DNA of 64,000 nt, taken from Candidatus Latescibacterota bacterium (GTDB taxonomy: Bacteria; Latescibacterota; UBA2968; GCA-2709665). The DNA lies in the NCBI GenBank assembly GCA_965226795.1, contig CBDDDZ010000005.1, forward strand, positions 1,728,001 to 1,792,000, written 5' to 3'. Position 1 is the stretch's first letter. Each line of letters opens with the position of its first letter. This document shows positions 28,771 through 38,275 of this stretch, one piece after another. Under the pieces are notes generated by a model that ran no database searches, had not been told where the DNA came from, and saw only the letters and a program-made list of their open reading frames with translations. The translations under genes were made by a program, and so were the position numbers.

Positions 28771-29895
28771 ATGGATGTCGTTGAAATCACTGCCGACCTG
28801 GTTTCTTACAACTCAGCCTCTCAATACAGCAATACGCCGGTATCCCTGGCCATTTCCAAATGGCTGCGCAAGGCGGGGATGTCGGTCGAACTGCTCAAAT
28901 TCAAAGACTCCGAGGGCACGCAGAAAACAAACGTCATCGGGAAGAAAGGCAGGGGTCAAGGTGGCATCGCCCTGCTCGCCCATTCCGACGTGGTTCCGGC
29001 CGAAGGATGGGCCTCGGATCCATTCAGACTTACGCCCAAACAGGGCAGGCTCTACGGCCGTGGCAGCGCCGACATGAAAGGGTCCGTAGCCTGTATGATC
29101 GCGGCTGCAAACGCGTTCTCCGATAAAGAACTCAAGGTGCCCGTCTACGTGATCGTCACCGCCGACGAAGAAACCGACTGCGGCGGCGCCAGGGCCGTCG
29201 CCCTGAGATCGAAAACGCTCAAATCGTCCAAAGTACGATACGGTATCGTCGGCGAACCCACGCTCCTCGACGTGGTATATGCCCACAAGGGCTCGCTCAA
29301 ATTCGAAGCGATGGCACGGGGCAGAGCAGCACACAGCAGTACCGGCAAGGGTGTGAACGCGAATCACAAACTTATCCCGTTTTTGAACGACGTGGTCAGA
29401 CTGGACGACACGTTGCGCACGGATCCCCGGTATCGGAACGAGGCGTTCGATCCACCTCACGGAACGCTGAATATTGTTTTTTCCGACGGCGATACGGCCG
29501 CCAATGTCACGGCGCCCGTTAGCCGGGCCGTCATTAACTGTCGTCCCATGCCAGACCAGAACTGGAAGCCCATCATTAATCACGTGGAACGCCTGGCGGA
29601 AAAGCATGGAGTACAGATTAAACTGCCGAAAGCCCTCGGTCCGCTTAGCACGAACACGGATTCTCCGATTGTGCGTGAGGCGCTTCAGATAGCCGGTAAA
29701 AGGAAACCCAAAACCGTCGCCTACGGAACGGATGGCATGGTATTCGGAAAGACAATGGAACTGGTTGTCATGGGGCCGGGCAATATTCAGCAGGCGCACA
29801 CGGTGGACGAATGGATCGCCAGGGATCAACTCCTCACGGGTTCGGACGTCTTCACAAAAATGGTACATCGTTTCTGCATCGAAAACCCCGTCTGA
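28771..29895 (+). CDS. argE: M20 family amidohydrolase, acetylornithine deacetylase-like
   Basis: AHSDVVP, YGRGSADMKG, ADEE, GEPT, AAHSS and GPGNIQQAHTVDEW motifs. Confidence 0.82.
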   Translation: MDVVEITADLVSYNSASQYSNTPVSLAISKWLRKAGMSVELLKFKDSEGTQKTNVIGKKGRGQGGIALLAHSDVVPAEGWASDPFRLTPKQGRLYGRGSADMKGSVACMIAAANAFSDKELKVPVYVIVTADEETDCGGARAVALRSKTLKSSKVRYGIVGEPTLLDVVYAHKGSLKFEAMARGRAAHSSTGKGVNANHKLIPFLNDVVRLDDTLRTDPRYRNEAFDPPHGTLNIVFSDGDTAANVTAPVSRAVINCRPMPDQNWKPIINHVERLAEKHGVQIKLPKALGPLSTNTDSPIVREALQIAGKRKPKTVAYGTDGMVFGKTMELVVMGPGNIQQAHTVDEWIARDQLLTGSDVFTKMVHRFCIENPV

Positions 29896-30015
29896 CAACC
29901 CTGACTCGTGGAAGGTCGGCAGTGAGGCGCACGGTTGGTCTATGGGTCCAGCACTGCACGACAGTTGATTTGGAATATGTAAAGCTTCTCTCGATCAAGG
30001 CGAGGAGGACATCGG

Positions 30016-30576
30016 ATGTTCAAGACCCTGACCCCCACGCTGCTCTTCGGACTGGCGGTTTCTCTGATCACAGGTTGCGCCGACGAAACACAACACCAGT
30101 TCGCATTTCGCGGCAAATGGCGTCTGGAAAGTCGACAGATGCCAGAAGGGGAGATTCTGCAACCGCCTGCCGTAAGTGGTCATTACGAGTGGTACCCCAC
30201 GGGTACGACCACGGCTCATGTAACGGCCTCAATCTCTCTGGGTCAGGATCAGATCCAGGTTTCAGGTTTCACCTACAGCTTTCAGTCGGAAACCGTCGAA
30301 TCACAGTCTTTCACTCTGAACGAATATATGGACATCGGCGGCGGCTACAGTACATCACCTCAAGAAACTCATAACGCGCCCGACAAAACCACACCCGGTG
30401 ACATGGTTGTAAACGGTAACCACGTTTCCCTCAAAAATGCCGACGGCGCAACCCAGGTGTACGAAGACATCAGCATTGCAGTGATCGATAGTGTCGTCTT
30501 CAAAGTCACCTTTAAAAACGGTACCATGGACACCTGGCGGCGATTTGCGGACCAACTGGGGGTGCTGCCGAAGTAA
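30016..30576 (+). CDS. Hypothetical lipoprotein (possibly lipocalin-like beta-barrel)
   Basis: Lipobox LITG-C, GKWRLES motif, AGGAGG RBS. Confidence 0.7.
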   Translation: MFKTLTPTLLFGLAVSLITGCADETQHQFAFRGKWRLESRQMPEGEILQPPAVSGHYEWYPTGTTTAHVTASISLGQDQIQVSGFTYSFQSETVESQSFTLNEYMDIGGGYSTSPQETHNAPDKTTPGDMVVNGNHVSLKNADGATQVYEDISIAVIDSVVFKVTFKNGTMDTWRRFADQLGVLPK

Positions 30577-30605
30577 ATCCCTCTACGTGGCATGAACGTG
30601 TAAAC

Positions 30606-30648
30606 ACCGCAGGGGCGCGTACAGAGTCATCGCGCCCCTCGTGGTTTT
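30606..30648 (+). terminator. Intrinsic terminator
   Basis: AGGGGCGCG/CGCGCCCCT stem with outer pairing, followed by TTTT. Confidence 0.65.
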
Positions 30649-30665
30649 CCGGGGACGTATAGACG

Positions 30666-32207
30666 ATGGCCAGGATGTTATTGGGAAAGATTCTTCAGAA
30701 AAACGCCCGGGATCCCGGCCTTGGACATAAAACCGCGACAATCTTCGGAAACCGTACACTCACATATGCCGAGTTGAACGCCCAGGCCAACCGCGTTGCC
30801 AACGGCCTCTTGGACCTCGGCGCTCGGAAGGGGGACCGAATCGGCGTTCTGAGTCGTAATTCCGACGTGTACGTCGCCCTCTACTTCGCACTGGCCAAAC
30901 TTGGCGCCATTATGGTTCCGGTCAATTTCTGGTACCGCAGCCAAGAAATCCGCTATACGCTTCACCAGTCCGGCGCCCGTGGCCTGATCTTCCATCGTCG
31001 CTTCGCTGACGTCGTTGCCGGCGTCGGCGACCTGTCCAAACTGGAGTGGACGCTTACCATCGGCGACGATCGCGGCAGTCGCCTGGAGGATGTGGCGGCC
31101 GGATCCCCGGAAGTCGAACCGGGAGTCGAACCCGACGAGAACGACCCTCATATCATTCTATACACAAGCGGCACGACAGGGTTTCCCAAAGGCGCGGTTT
31201 TCTCGCATAAAAGCCATTACCTTCAGGCCCTCTCCCTTGCCCACTCGACGGGAGGGCACAGTGATGACGTGGGCCTGGTCGTCTACCCACTCTTCCACAC
31301 CGGCGGGCCGGACTGTCTGGTCCTTCCACACTTCCTGGTGGGAGCCACCCTCGTGATTCTGGACGGTGCGAATCCAGACGCCATCCTGTCGGCCGCTGCG
31401 TCGCACAAGGCTACCAACATTTTCTGCGTACCGACGGTCTGGCGCTGGATACTTGCATGCCAGCACAGGAAAAACTACGACGTCACTTCGGTCCAGCGCT
31501 GTCTGGGTTCGTCGGATACCCTCCCGACGGCGCTGCTCGAGGACATCCTGGCCACATTCGAAAGCGACGTTTACGTCACCTACGGGCTTACCGAGGCCGG
31601 CTGTATCCTTACGGTCTGCCGTCTCACGGCAAACGACCTGGGCAAACTCGGCTCGGTGGGCCGACCCATGCCGTCGGTTGAACTCAGCGTCGTGGATTCG
31701 TGTGGCAATCCGGTGACTTCCGGAGAGGTAGGCGAGGTTGTCGCGAAGACGGCGTCTACGATGCTCGGATACTGGGACATGCCTGAGAAAACAGAGGAAT
31801 CGCTGAAGGGTGGCTGGTTATACACCGGAGATCTGGGCAGAATGGACAACGATGGCTATCTCTACCTGTCGGGCAGGGCAAAGGATATGATCATCAGCGG
31901 CGGGGAAAATATCTATCCGCTGGAAATCGAACGCCTGTTGAGAGAAAACCCGAAAATCCGTGACGCTGCCGTGGTCGGCATCCCCGACAGAGAATGGGGC
32001 GAGTCCGTATTGGCGGCGGTTGTTGCGGATGACGGCGCAGACCTCACACCCGACGAGGTTTCCGATTACGTGCGCGCCCGTCTGGCGGGATTCAAAAACC
32101 CCAGATGGGTTGAAATTGTCAAGGAACTCCCGGTAACAACCGCCACGGGAAAAGTGCAGAAAGCCGCGTTGAGAGAACGGTTCCGAGGGAAATACGGCAC
32201 CGCGTGA
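30666..32207 (+). CDS. Acyl-CoA synthetase (AMP-forming)
   Basis: YTSGTTGFPKG, YGLTEAG, TGDLG, GRAKDMIISGGENIYP and TGKVQK motifs. Confidence 0.93.
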   Translation: MARMLLGKILQKNARDPGLGHKTATIFGNRTLTYAELNAQANRVANGLLDLGARKGDRIGVLSRNSDVYVALYFALAKLGAIMVPVNFWYRSQEIRYTLHQSGARGLIFHRRFADVVAGVGDLSKLEWTLTIGDDRGSRLEDVAAGSPEVEPGVEPDENDPHIILYTSGTTGFPKGAVFSHKSHYLQALSLAHSTGGHSDDVGLVVYPLFHTGGPDCLVLPHFLVGATLVILDGANPDAILSAAASHKATNIFCVPTVWRWILACQHRKNYDVTSVQRCLGSSDTLPTALLEDILATFESDVYVTYGLTEAGCILTVCRLTANDLGKLGSVGRPMPSVELSVVDSCGNPVTSGEVGEVVAKTASTMLGYWDMPEKTEESLKGGWLYTGDLGRMDNDGYLYLSGRAKDMIISGGENIYPLEIERLLRENPKIRDAAVVGIPDREWGESVLAAVVADDGADLTPDEVSDYVRARLAGFKNPRWVEIVKELPVTTATGKVQKAALRERFRGKYGTA

Positions 32208-32213
32208 CTCGTA

Positions 32214-33116
32214 TCAGCAATCCTGAGGTATCCTGGTTCCGCTCAAATGTTCAGCCGCCCTGCACACCGCCGAAAAATCCAGCTCGCCTGCGCCCAGACC
32301 GCTGGCGGCGGCATACATCTGGTAAGTCGCCGCACCAATCGGCATAGGCACATTCAATGCCTTGCCAAGATCCACACCGATCGCCAGATCCTTCTTCATC
32401 AGATCCAGCATAAATCCCGGCGCAAACGAGTTAGCCAGCAGGAAGTCCGATACCCGTATCTGAAACAATGTGGAATTGGCCGAACTCACGCTGATAACCT
32501 GGCGCATTACCTCGGGGTCGGCGCCCGCCCGGATACCGAGGATCAGCCCCTCTGCAATTGCCGCCATATTGATGCCACCGATCAGCTGATTGACGATCTT
32601 CACGGTCTGCCCCACGCCGACGGATCCGACGTGGAAGATATTTTCCTCCCTGCCCATCGCGTTGAACAACCCTCTGCACCGTTCGAAGTCCTTTGCGTCT
32701 CCGCCGGCGATGATCGTCAGTGTCCCGTTAATCGCTCCCGCATCTCCTCCGCTTACCGGCGCATCCATCACCGCGACACCCTTTGCGGCCGCCTCTTCCG
32801 CGATTTCCCGGATCGTGAGTGGTGAAATCGTACTCATGTCCACGATCAGGTCGCCCCTGGTTGCACCATGCAACACGCCATTGTCTCCAAGGATCACTTC
32901 CCGCACTTCGGGATCAGCCGTCACGATCGTAATCACGATGTCCGTTTCTTCGGCGACGGCAGCCGGGGATCCGACCGACCGGGCGCCCAACCCTTCCATC
33001 TCCGCAATGATCTCCCGACGCCGCGCGTAGAACGTCAATTCGTACCCGGCCCCAATGAGATTGATCGCCATTGGTTTGCCCATAATACCCAGACCGATAA
33101 AGCCTACTTTCTCCAT
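32214..33116 (-). CDS. Beta-hydroxyacid dehydrogenase (2-hydroxy-3-oxopropionate reductase / MmsB family)
   Basis: GFIGLGIMG, DAPVSGG, KIVNQ and LMKKDL motifs. Confidence 0.9.
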   Translation of the reverse strand: MEKVGFIGLGIMGKPMAINLIGAGYELTFYARRREIIAEMEGLGARSVGSPAAVAEETDIVITIVTADPEVREVILGDNGVLHGATRGDLIVDMSTISPLTIREIAEEAAAKGVAVMDAPVSGGDAGAINGTLTIIAGGDAKDFERCRGLFNAMGREENIFHVGSVGVGQTVKIVNQLIGGINMAAIAEGLILGIRAGADPEVMRQVISVSSANSTLFQIRVSDFLLANSFAPGFMLDLMKKDLAIGVDLGKALNVPMPIGAATYQMYAAASGLGAGELDFSAVCRAAEHLSGTRIPQDC

Positions 33117-33223
33117 CTGAACCTCCTTTCATCTGTCTCTGTAGTGAAGTCGCTGCCTTGAGTCCATGCAGCCATTCAATGCGGCAGAAGAAGGGATCGG
33201 CATGCGTCAGTGGCGTACTCCGG

Positions 33224-34315
33224 TCAACCGTCTTCGATACGTCGCGTCTGCAGAATCATCAACTGACCCACGGGGTTTTCGATAGCCCCCAGCGGACGCT
33301 GTTTCTCCTCCGACCAGATGTTATTTGCCGTAATGTACAGATGTCCGTCCGCCAATTTGCTATAACACAACTGGGGATATCGTTGATTTGAGACTTCGGG
33401 TATCAGCCGGTCAAACGTATCGCTATCCGGGTGGTAGGCGATAAACCGATCCATAAAATGGTAGGGAAATCCGTCCACTCCGGTGTATGGATCGTCTTTC
33501 AGCTGAATATACGCTCCGGTCTCCTCGTCGTACCGGAATCCCGAATCGTACGTACTCAAATTGTTCAACTGCCACCCCTGATAGAAAACGCCGCCGCCAA
33601 TGAACCCGAAGTCCGCCTTCCATCCCGGCACGACCCGCTCATATGCCTCTCCCGTCTGCCGGTCCAACCGGAACACACGACCCTCCTTGTAATATATGAC
33701 ATATCGCTCAGCCCGCTCGCCCGGCCGCGACGGTGGGATGCGTTGCATGTCTTCCGCCAGAAACTGACGCACTTCAGGATCGTAGTACACGCGGCGCTGC
33801 AAGCCGTCGGTACCAGGAACCCCGAAAACCTCCAGCCGCTCGGGCCAATCTACCTCTCCGATCGGCGGCAACACCCCGGCGTCCGGATATGCCATGACCT
33901 CGCCATGTTCCGCCTCGACGTCCCACACGACCAGACATGGCCTCGACCGCTCAGGCATATAGAGTACGTTGCGCGCCTTGTCCGCGTGACCATACCAGAG
34001 GTTTGCCTCCGGAAACGGCTTATCGATCTGGTACACGCGTTCCTCCGCGACGTCGAAAACCGTCAATTTCTCGTTCGTCTGCGGCAGTACAAAGACCTTC
34101 CCGCCGGCGCACAGACACTGGCTTCCCCCGTGCTTTTCCGGGATCGGAATCGTGTCGATCTCTCCTGATTCCGGCACGTACCGGTGGAGCGCCGGCAGGC
34201 TGCCCGTAAACCAGAGCGCGCCGCAGTCGTCATCATCAATCCCGTACACCCGGGTATTCTCCGCATCGACCCAGACCGAATACATCCTTGGCAACTCAGG
34301 CATATCTGTCCCCAA
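33224..34315 (-). CDS. Hypothetical protein, probable beta-propeller
   Basis: Repeated short beta-strand motifs (LWF, LHRY.P, LTVFD, LVVWD); acidic; no signal peptide seen. Confidence 0.6.
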   Translation of the reverse strand: MGTDMPELPRMYSVWVDAENTRVYGIDDDDCGALWFTGSLPALHRYVPESGEIDTIPIPEKHGGSQCLCAGGKVFVLPQTNEKLTVFDVAEERVYQIDKPFPEANLWYGHADKARNVLYMPERSRPCLVVWDVEAEHGEVMAYPDAGVLPPIGEVDWPERLEVFGVPGTDGLQRRVYYDPEVRQFLAEDMQRIPPSRPGERAERYVIYYKEGRVFRLDRQTGEAYERVVPGWKADFGFIGGGVFYQGWQLNNLSTYDSGFRYDEETGAYIQLKDDPYTGVDGFPYHFMDRFIAYHPDSDTFDRLIPEVSNQRYPQLCYSKLADGHLYITANNIWSEEKQRPLGAIENPVGQLMILQTRRIEDG

Positions 34316-34422
34316 TCCAACCGAACACGTCGAGGGGTAATCCGGGGCGCTGTAATCGCCGCCAAACCGGCGGACGAGAAATCCTCAGCAGCGCTCATGC
34401 GCTTTGATGTTATTGATTCGAC

Positions 34423-34465
34423 TTGACTTTCGTTCATTAGTAGGTACCATTGGGCCGCCTGTCAA
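34423..34465. promoter_or_regulatory. Overlapping divergent sigma70-like promoters
   Basis: Plus strand TTGACT-N16-TACCAT; minus strand TTGACA-N17-TACTAA. Confidence 0.45.
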
Positions 34466-34556
34466 CGTATATTTCCACGCCACGACCATCGGGCGGTCAT
34501 AGAATGATGATCCGGGTCAGGCCTACTGTCCCTCCACAGCAGCGTTATTGGAATTG

Positions 34557-36086
34557 ATGTCCCAACGTCCTCGATTGGCCGGCATCGACGTCGGCACCAC
34601 GAATATCAAGGCGCTTGTCTTCGATACCGCCGGACGCGTGCAGGCCTGCGCCAGTGCGCCGACACCCACGCACTACCCTCGACCCGGTTGGGCCTACCAC
34701 AAACCGGACGAATTATGGGCGTGCACGCTGACCGTGTTGCGGAACGCGGTGTTACAACTGAACGCAACCGACCCCATCTCGAGTATCGCCGTTTCAAGTA
34801 TGGCCGAATCGGGTGTTCCCCTTGACGCTGGCGACCGCCCCACTGCCGACATCATCGCCTGGTTTGACGGACGGACTGTCCAACAAGCCGCGTGGCTGGA
34901 TAAAACCATTGGCCGTAAACGTATATACAAGATAACGGGGTTGCCGCTACGCTCGATTTTCGGCCTTTGCAAGGTGCTCTGGCTGAAGGAAAATCTCCCG
35001 GAGGCATTTGCAAAGACGGTATCCTGGTTGAACGTCGCCGACTACATCACGTTTCGACTGTGCGGAGAAAAGGGTACGGATTACTCCCTCGCGTCGCGGA
35101 TGCTTGCCTTTGACATACACCGAAGGAAATGGCATTCGGGCATACTGAAGGAGGCGGGGGTTTCACCGGACCTGTTTGCGCAGGCATTACCGTCTGGCAC
35201 GCCGCTAGGCCGGCTCCTGCCCGATGTCGCCCGCGCGTGCGGCCTTCCGACAGGCGTACAGGTGACAACCGGCGGCCACGACCACGTGTGCGGCGCCCTG
35301 GCCGTGGGCGCCACCGAACCGGATACCCTGCTCAATTCGCTGGGCACCGCCGAGGCGCTCTGCATCGCGGGAGGGCACCCTTGGGTCAGCGATGAAATCG
35401 CAGAGCAGGGATATACCACGGGAGTCCACGTAGCGCCCGATCGGTACTATATCCTGGGTGGCATCTACACATCCGGGGCATCCGTTGAATGGCTGCGTGA
35501 TATTCTAGGAACGGACGTGGAATACGGCACGCTTATCGCCGAAGCCGAAGCCGTCCCGCCGGGGAGCCTGGGCGTTCACTTCCAGCCTCATCTTCGCCTG
35601 GGGAATCCTCCGCACAACGATCCTGCTTCAAGGGCGGCCTTCGTCGGCCTGACAGCCGACGTCACGCGCGGGACCCTTTTTCGCGCCGTGCTCGAGGGAC
35701 TCGCGTACGAGTGTCGCCTGTGCCTGGAAGCGATCACGTCGCACGCCGAAATCAGCCGGCCGAAACGCATCGTTGCCATTGGCGGCAACACCCGTAACCG
35801 GCTTCTCATGCAAATCAAGAGTTCGGTCCTCAACCAGCCGATATCGGTTGCCGAAGTGGAAGAGTCCACGGCACTGGGCGCCGCGGTTCTGGGCGGCCTC
35901 GGCGCTGGCGTATACGCAGACATTGGCACGGCGCTGAAAGAACTCAGCTACGACAGCCGGACGATCGAGCCGAACGCCGAACAGGTCGAGATCTACGAGA
36001 CCGGGTTTCAGTCCGTCTACCGCGAGATTTTCCCGACACTTCAATCCTTGCACCACAACATACGAGATATTCAGAATACCGGCTGA
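34557..36086 (+). CDS. FGGY-family carbohydrate kinase (xylulokinase/L-fuculokinase-like)
   Basis: GIDVGTTNIK, WFDGR, TDYSLASRM, GGHDH, SLGTAE and RAVLEG motifs. Confidence 0.92.
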   Translation: MSQRPRLAGIDVGTTNIKALVFDTAGRVQACASAPTPTHYPRPGWAYHKPDELWACTLTVLRNAVLQLNATDPISSIAVSSMAESGVPLDAGDRPTADIIAWFDGRTVQQAAWLDKTIGRKRIYKITGLPLRSIFGLCKVLWLKENLPEAFAKTVSWLNVADYITFRLCGEKGTDYSLASRMLAFDIHRRKWHSGILKEAGVSPDLFAQALPSGTPLGRLLPDVARACGLPTGVQVTTGGHDHVCGALAVGATEPDTLLNSLGTAEALCIAGGHPWVSDEIAEQGYTTGVHVAPDRYYILGGIYTSGASVEWLRDILGTDVEYGTLIAEAEAVPPGSLGVHFQPHLRLGNPPHNDPASRAAFVGLTADVTRGTLFRAVLEGLAYECRLCLEAITSHAEISRPKRIVAIGGNTRNRLLMQIKSSVLNQPISVAEVEESTALGAAVLGGLGAGVYADIGTALKELSYDSRTIEPNAEQVEIYETGFQSVYREIFPTLQSLHHNIRDIQNTG

Positions 36087-36252
36087 ATAACGGGGAATCG
36101 GCCGAGTGCAACGGCACGGAAAGGAAAACGCGGGGGAACAGGGCGGAGGGGCACCCTTAAAAGGGTATCCTCCCTCTCGCTTTAAGCGATCGATGCGACG
36201 TTTCATTGGGAACTGGCGACGTCAACGATAGGTCTTTTTGCAGGGAGTCCAG

Positions 36253-37239
36253 ATGCACACCATTACATGCGGCATTGCGGGTTACGGCGGCATTGCCGTA
36301 TTCCATGCGCGTGCGCTTAAGCAAATTTCGGGGGTTCGCCTTCGTGCCGTCGCGGGTCGCAGAGCAACACCCGTTGAATCGTTCAGGGAAAAATGGGGTT
36401 TTGAGAAAGCCACGACCCAATACGATGATTTACTCGCCGATCCTGCAATCGATGCGATCGTTATAGCATCTCCCAGCGAGATGCATTACGAACAGACCCG
36501 GATGGCACTGGAATCCGGCAAACACGTCCTGGTGGAAATCCCCCTTGCGCTTTCGCACAAAGGCGCCGCCGAGATTGCGGGCCTGGCAAGAAGAACCGGT
36601 CGCAAACTGCTCGTTGCACATACTCGTCGTTTCAACCGCTTGGGCCGGTTTGTGAAGGATTTTATTGCGAACGGCAAGGTGGGCCAGGTGTACCAACACC
36701 ACATGCATGAATTCCAGTTGCGCCACGACAACGTCGGCTGGACAGGCTACAGGCGGAGCTGGACGGACGATGTTCTGTTCCACCATGGGTGTCACGTTCT
36801 GGATTTTTCCCTCTGGACCATCGACCAACCCGTGCGCCGCATTCGCGGTGAACTCAGCCCGCTTCACGCCAAAACCGGCACCTCGCTCGACCTGAGCATG
36901 CTGCTTCGGTATACCACGGAAACCATCGCCGCTCTCAGCCTGTCTTACAATGCCCGGGAAGGCGTCAACAACAATACCTACCTGTGCGATGCGGGTACCC
37001 TCGTCGTCTCGGGCAACCAGGTCACGCTTAACGGGAAAACCCTCTTCAAGGGCGACGACACCCTGGCCGACGACGTCCTGGTCCAGAATGTCGATTTCAT
37101 AGGTTCGATTCGGAAGGACACGCAGCCAGGCTGCAGCGCTGATCATGCCCTCGAAGCTCTGGGTCTGCTCCAGCAGGTTTACGACCAGGCGATCACGTTG
37201 GAGCAGGAAGAAAAATACAAGCGGATGTGGAAAATTTAG
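36253..37239 (+). CDS. Gfo/Idh/MocA oxidoreductase, LigC-like
   Basis: GYGGIA, GKHVLVEIPL, AHTRRFN and RSWTDDVLFHHGCH motifs. Confidence 0.85.
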   Translation: MHTITCGIAGYGGIAVFHARALKQISGVRLRAVAGRRATPVESFREKWGFEKATTQYDDLLADPAIDAIVIASPSEMHYEQTRMALESGKHVLVEIPLALSHKGAAEIAGLARRTGRKLLVAHTRRFNRLGRFVKDFIANGKVGQVYQHHMHEFQLRHDNVGWTGYRRSWTDDVLFHHGCHVLDFSLWTIDQPVRRIRGELSPLHAKTGTSLDLSMLLRYTTETIAALSLSYNAREGVNNNTYLCDAGTLVVSGNQVTLNGKTLFKGDDTLADDVLVQNVDFIGSIRKDTQPGCSADHALEALGLLQQVYDQAITLEQEEKYKRMWKI

Positions 37240-37595
37240 CCGTTCGGCGCCTCCCTCGCCGCTTCAGGCACATATTCCGGCCGGGGAGGTGCGAACACGT
37301 CGATGACAAGACTGTCTTCCAACACCCTGGATCGGTGTTGCTCGTTGGGCGCAAAATGGAAAAACGTACCGGTCTCGAACAGGTGACGTTTTTCGGGTTC
37401 TCCCACGAAAAATTCCATACACCCCCGAATAACGTACCCCATTTGCTCTTCCGGATGCCGGTGCGCAGCGAACTTCGCGCCTGCCTCGACCTCGTATCGG
37501 GTGATCATCAGATTCTCTCCGCACACCGTCCGACGTACCGAAAGATCCGATATCGGATTAGGTGATATGTCGATATCTTTCACAACCAAAGCCAT
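37236..37595 (-). CDS. Cupin domain protein
   Basis: HRHPEEQMGYV and PNEQH metal-binding motifs; DVFAPPR tail. Confidence 0.9.
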   Translation of the reverse strand: MALVVKDIDISPNPISDLSVRRTVCGENLMITRYEVEAGAKFAAHRHPEEQMGYVIRGCMEFFVGEPEKRHLFETGTFFHFAPNEQHRSRVLEDSLVIDVFAPPRPEYVPEAAREAPNG

Positions 37596-37723
37596 TTATA
37601 CGATTCCTTTCGACAATTGAATTAATGAATCTCGGCCGCAACGAGCCGGCTGTACGACAAAATTTCCAACATATATGGACACCTCCGGCGGCGCGTAAGC
37701 GCGGAACACCGTTACCGGGTTCG

Positions 37724-38272
37724 TTAAAGAACCATCCCAACCAACACTTTGCTCTTCTTGTCCAGCCTGCCGAGGTCCAACACCTCGAACCGGTTGCCGT
37801 CCACATCCAGAATCAGTACCCGATTCTCGTCCAGCCACCGGGCGTCTTCGGCCACATTCTTTACGACGAATTCACGCCTGCCCCGGTCCGTGGAAACGTC
37901 CCAGTAGGAGACACCGTATTCGTTGCGAATCGAGTGGATCCGTTCGATTCGCGAGGTAAGATAGCGCCGCGCCAATTCCTCCCGGATAATTGCCTGATGC
38001 TCCTCAGACAGTGCGTGGACATCGTCTACCATGCAGATCACCTCGTCATTCGCGTCCAGGAAACAGATGTACCGGTCCGGTTCCGACAGGGGGGCCGCGA
38101 GGACGATTTTTACCTTCAGATACGAGCGATCGCCTTCAATGGTCATCCGCAAATGCCAGGCTGGTTCGCGGAATAGCCGGATCTTCCCGGTATCCACATC
38201 TTGCGGATGCGCCACTTCAATCGGCGTGGGCTTCCAATCGTCGTTATACTCTGGATCCATATTTTCGTGCAA
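37724..38272 (-). CDS. DUF1854 domain protein
   Basis: PLSEPDRYI, EELARRYL, WDVSTDRG and ILDVDGNRF motifs; immediately downstream of the ABC pair. Confidence 0.85.
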   Translation of the reverse strand: MHENMDPEYNDDWKPTPIEVAHPQDVDTGKIRLFREPAWHLRMTIEGDRSYLKVKIVLAAPLSEPDRYICFLDANDEVICMVDDVHALSEEHQAIIREELARRYLTSRIERIHSIRNEYGVSYWDVSTDRGRREFVVKNVAEDARWLDENRVLILDVDGNRFEVLDLGRLDKKSKVLVGMVL

Positions 38273-38275
38273 TGC

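Noticed and set aside
28813..29898. 361-aa minus-strand ORF (likewise 40966..42015 + and 62574..63593 -)
   Set aside because: Each lies antisense to a well-supported gene (argE, ABC, gmd).
36145..36173. Strong hairpin between the kinase and the LigC-like gene as ncRNA or REP
   Set aside because: Single copy in the window; more simply a terminator or stabilising stem.
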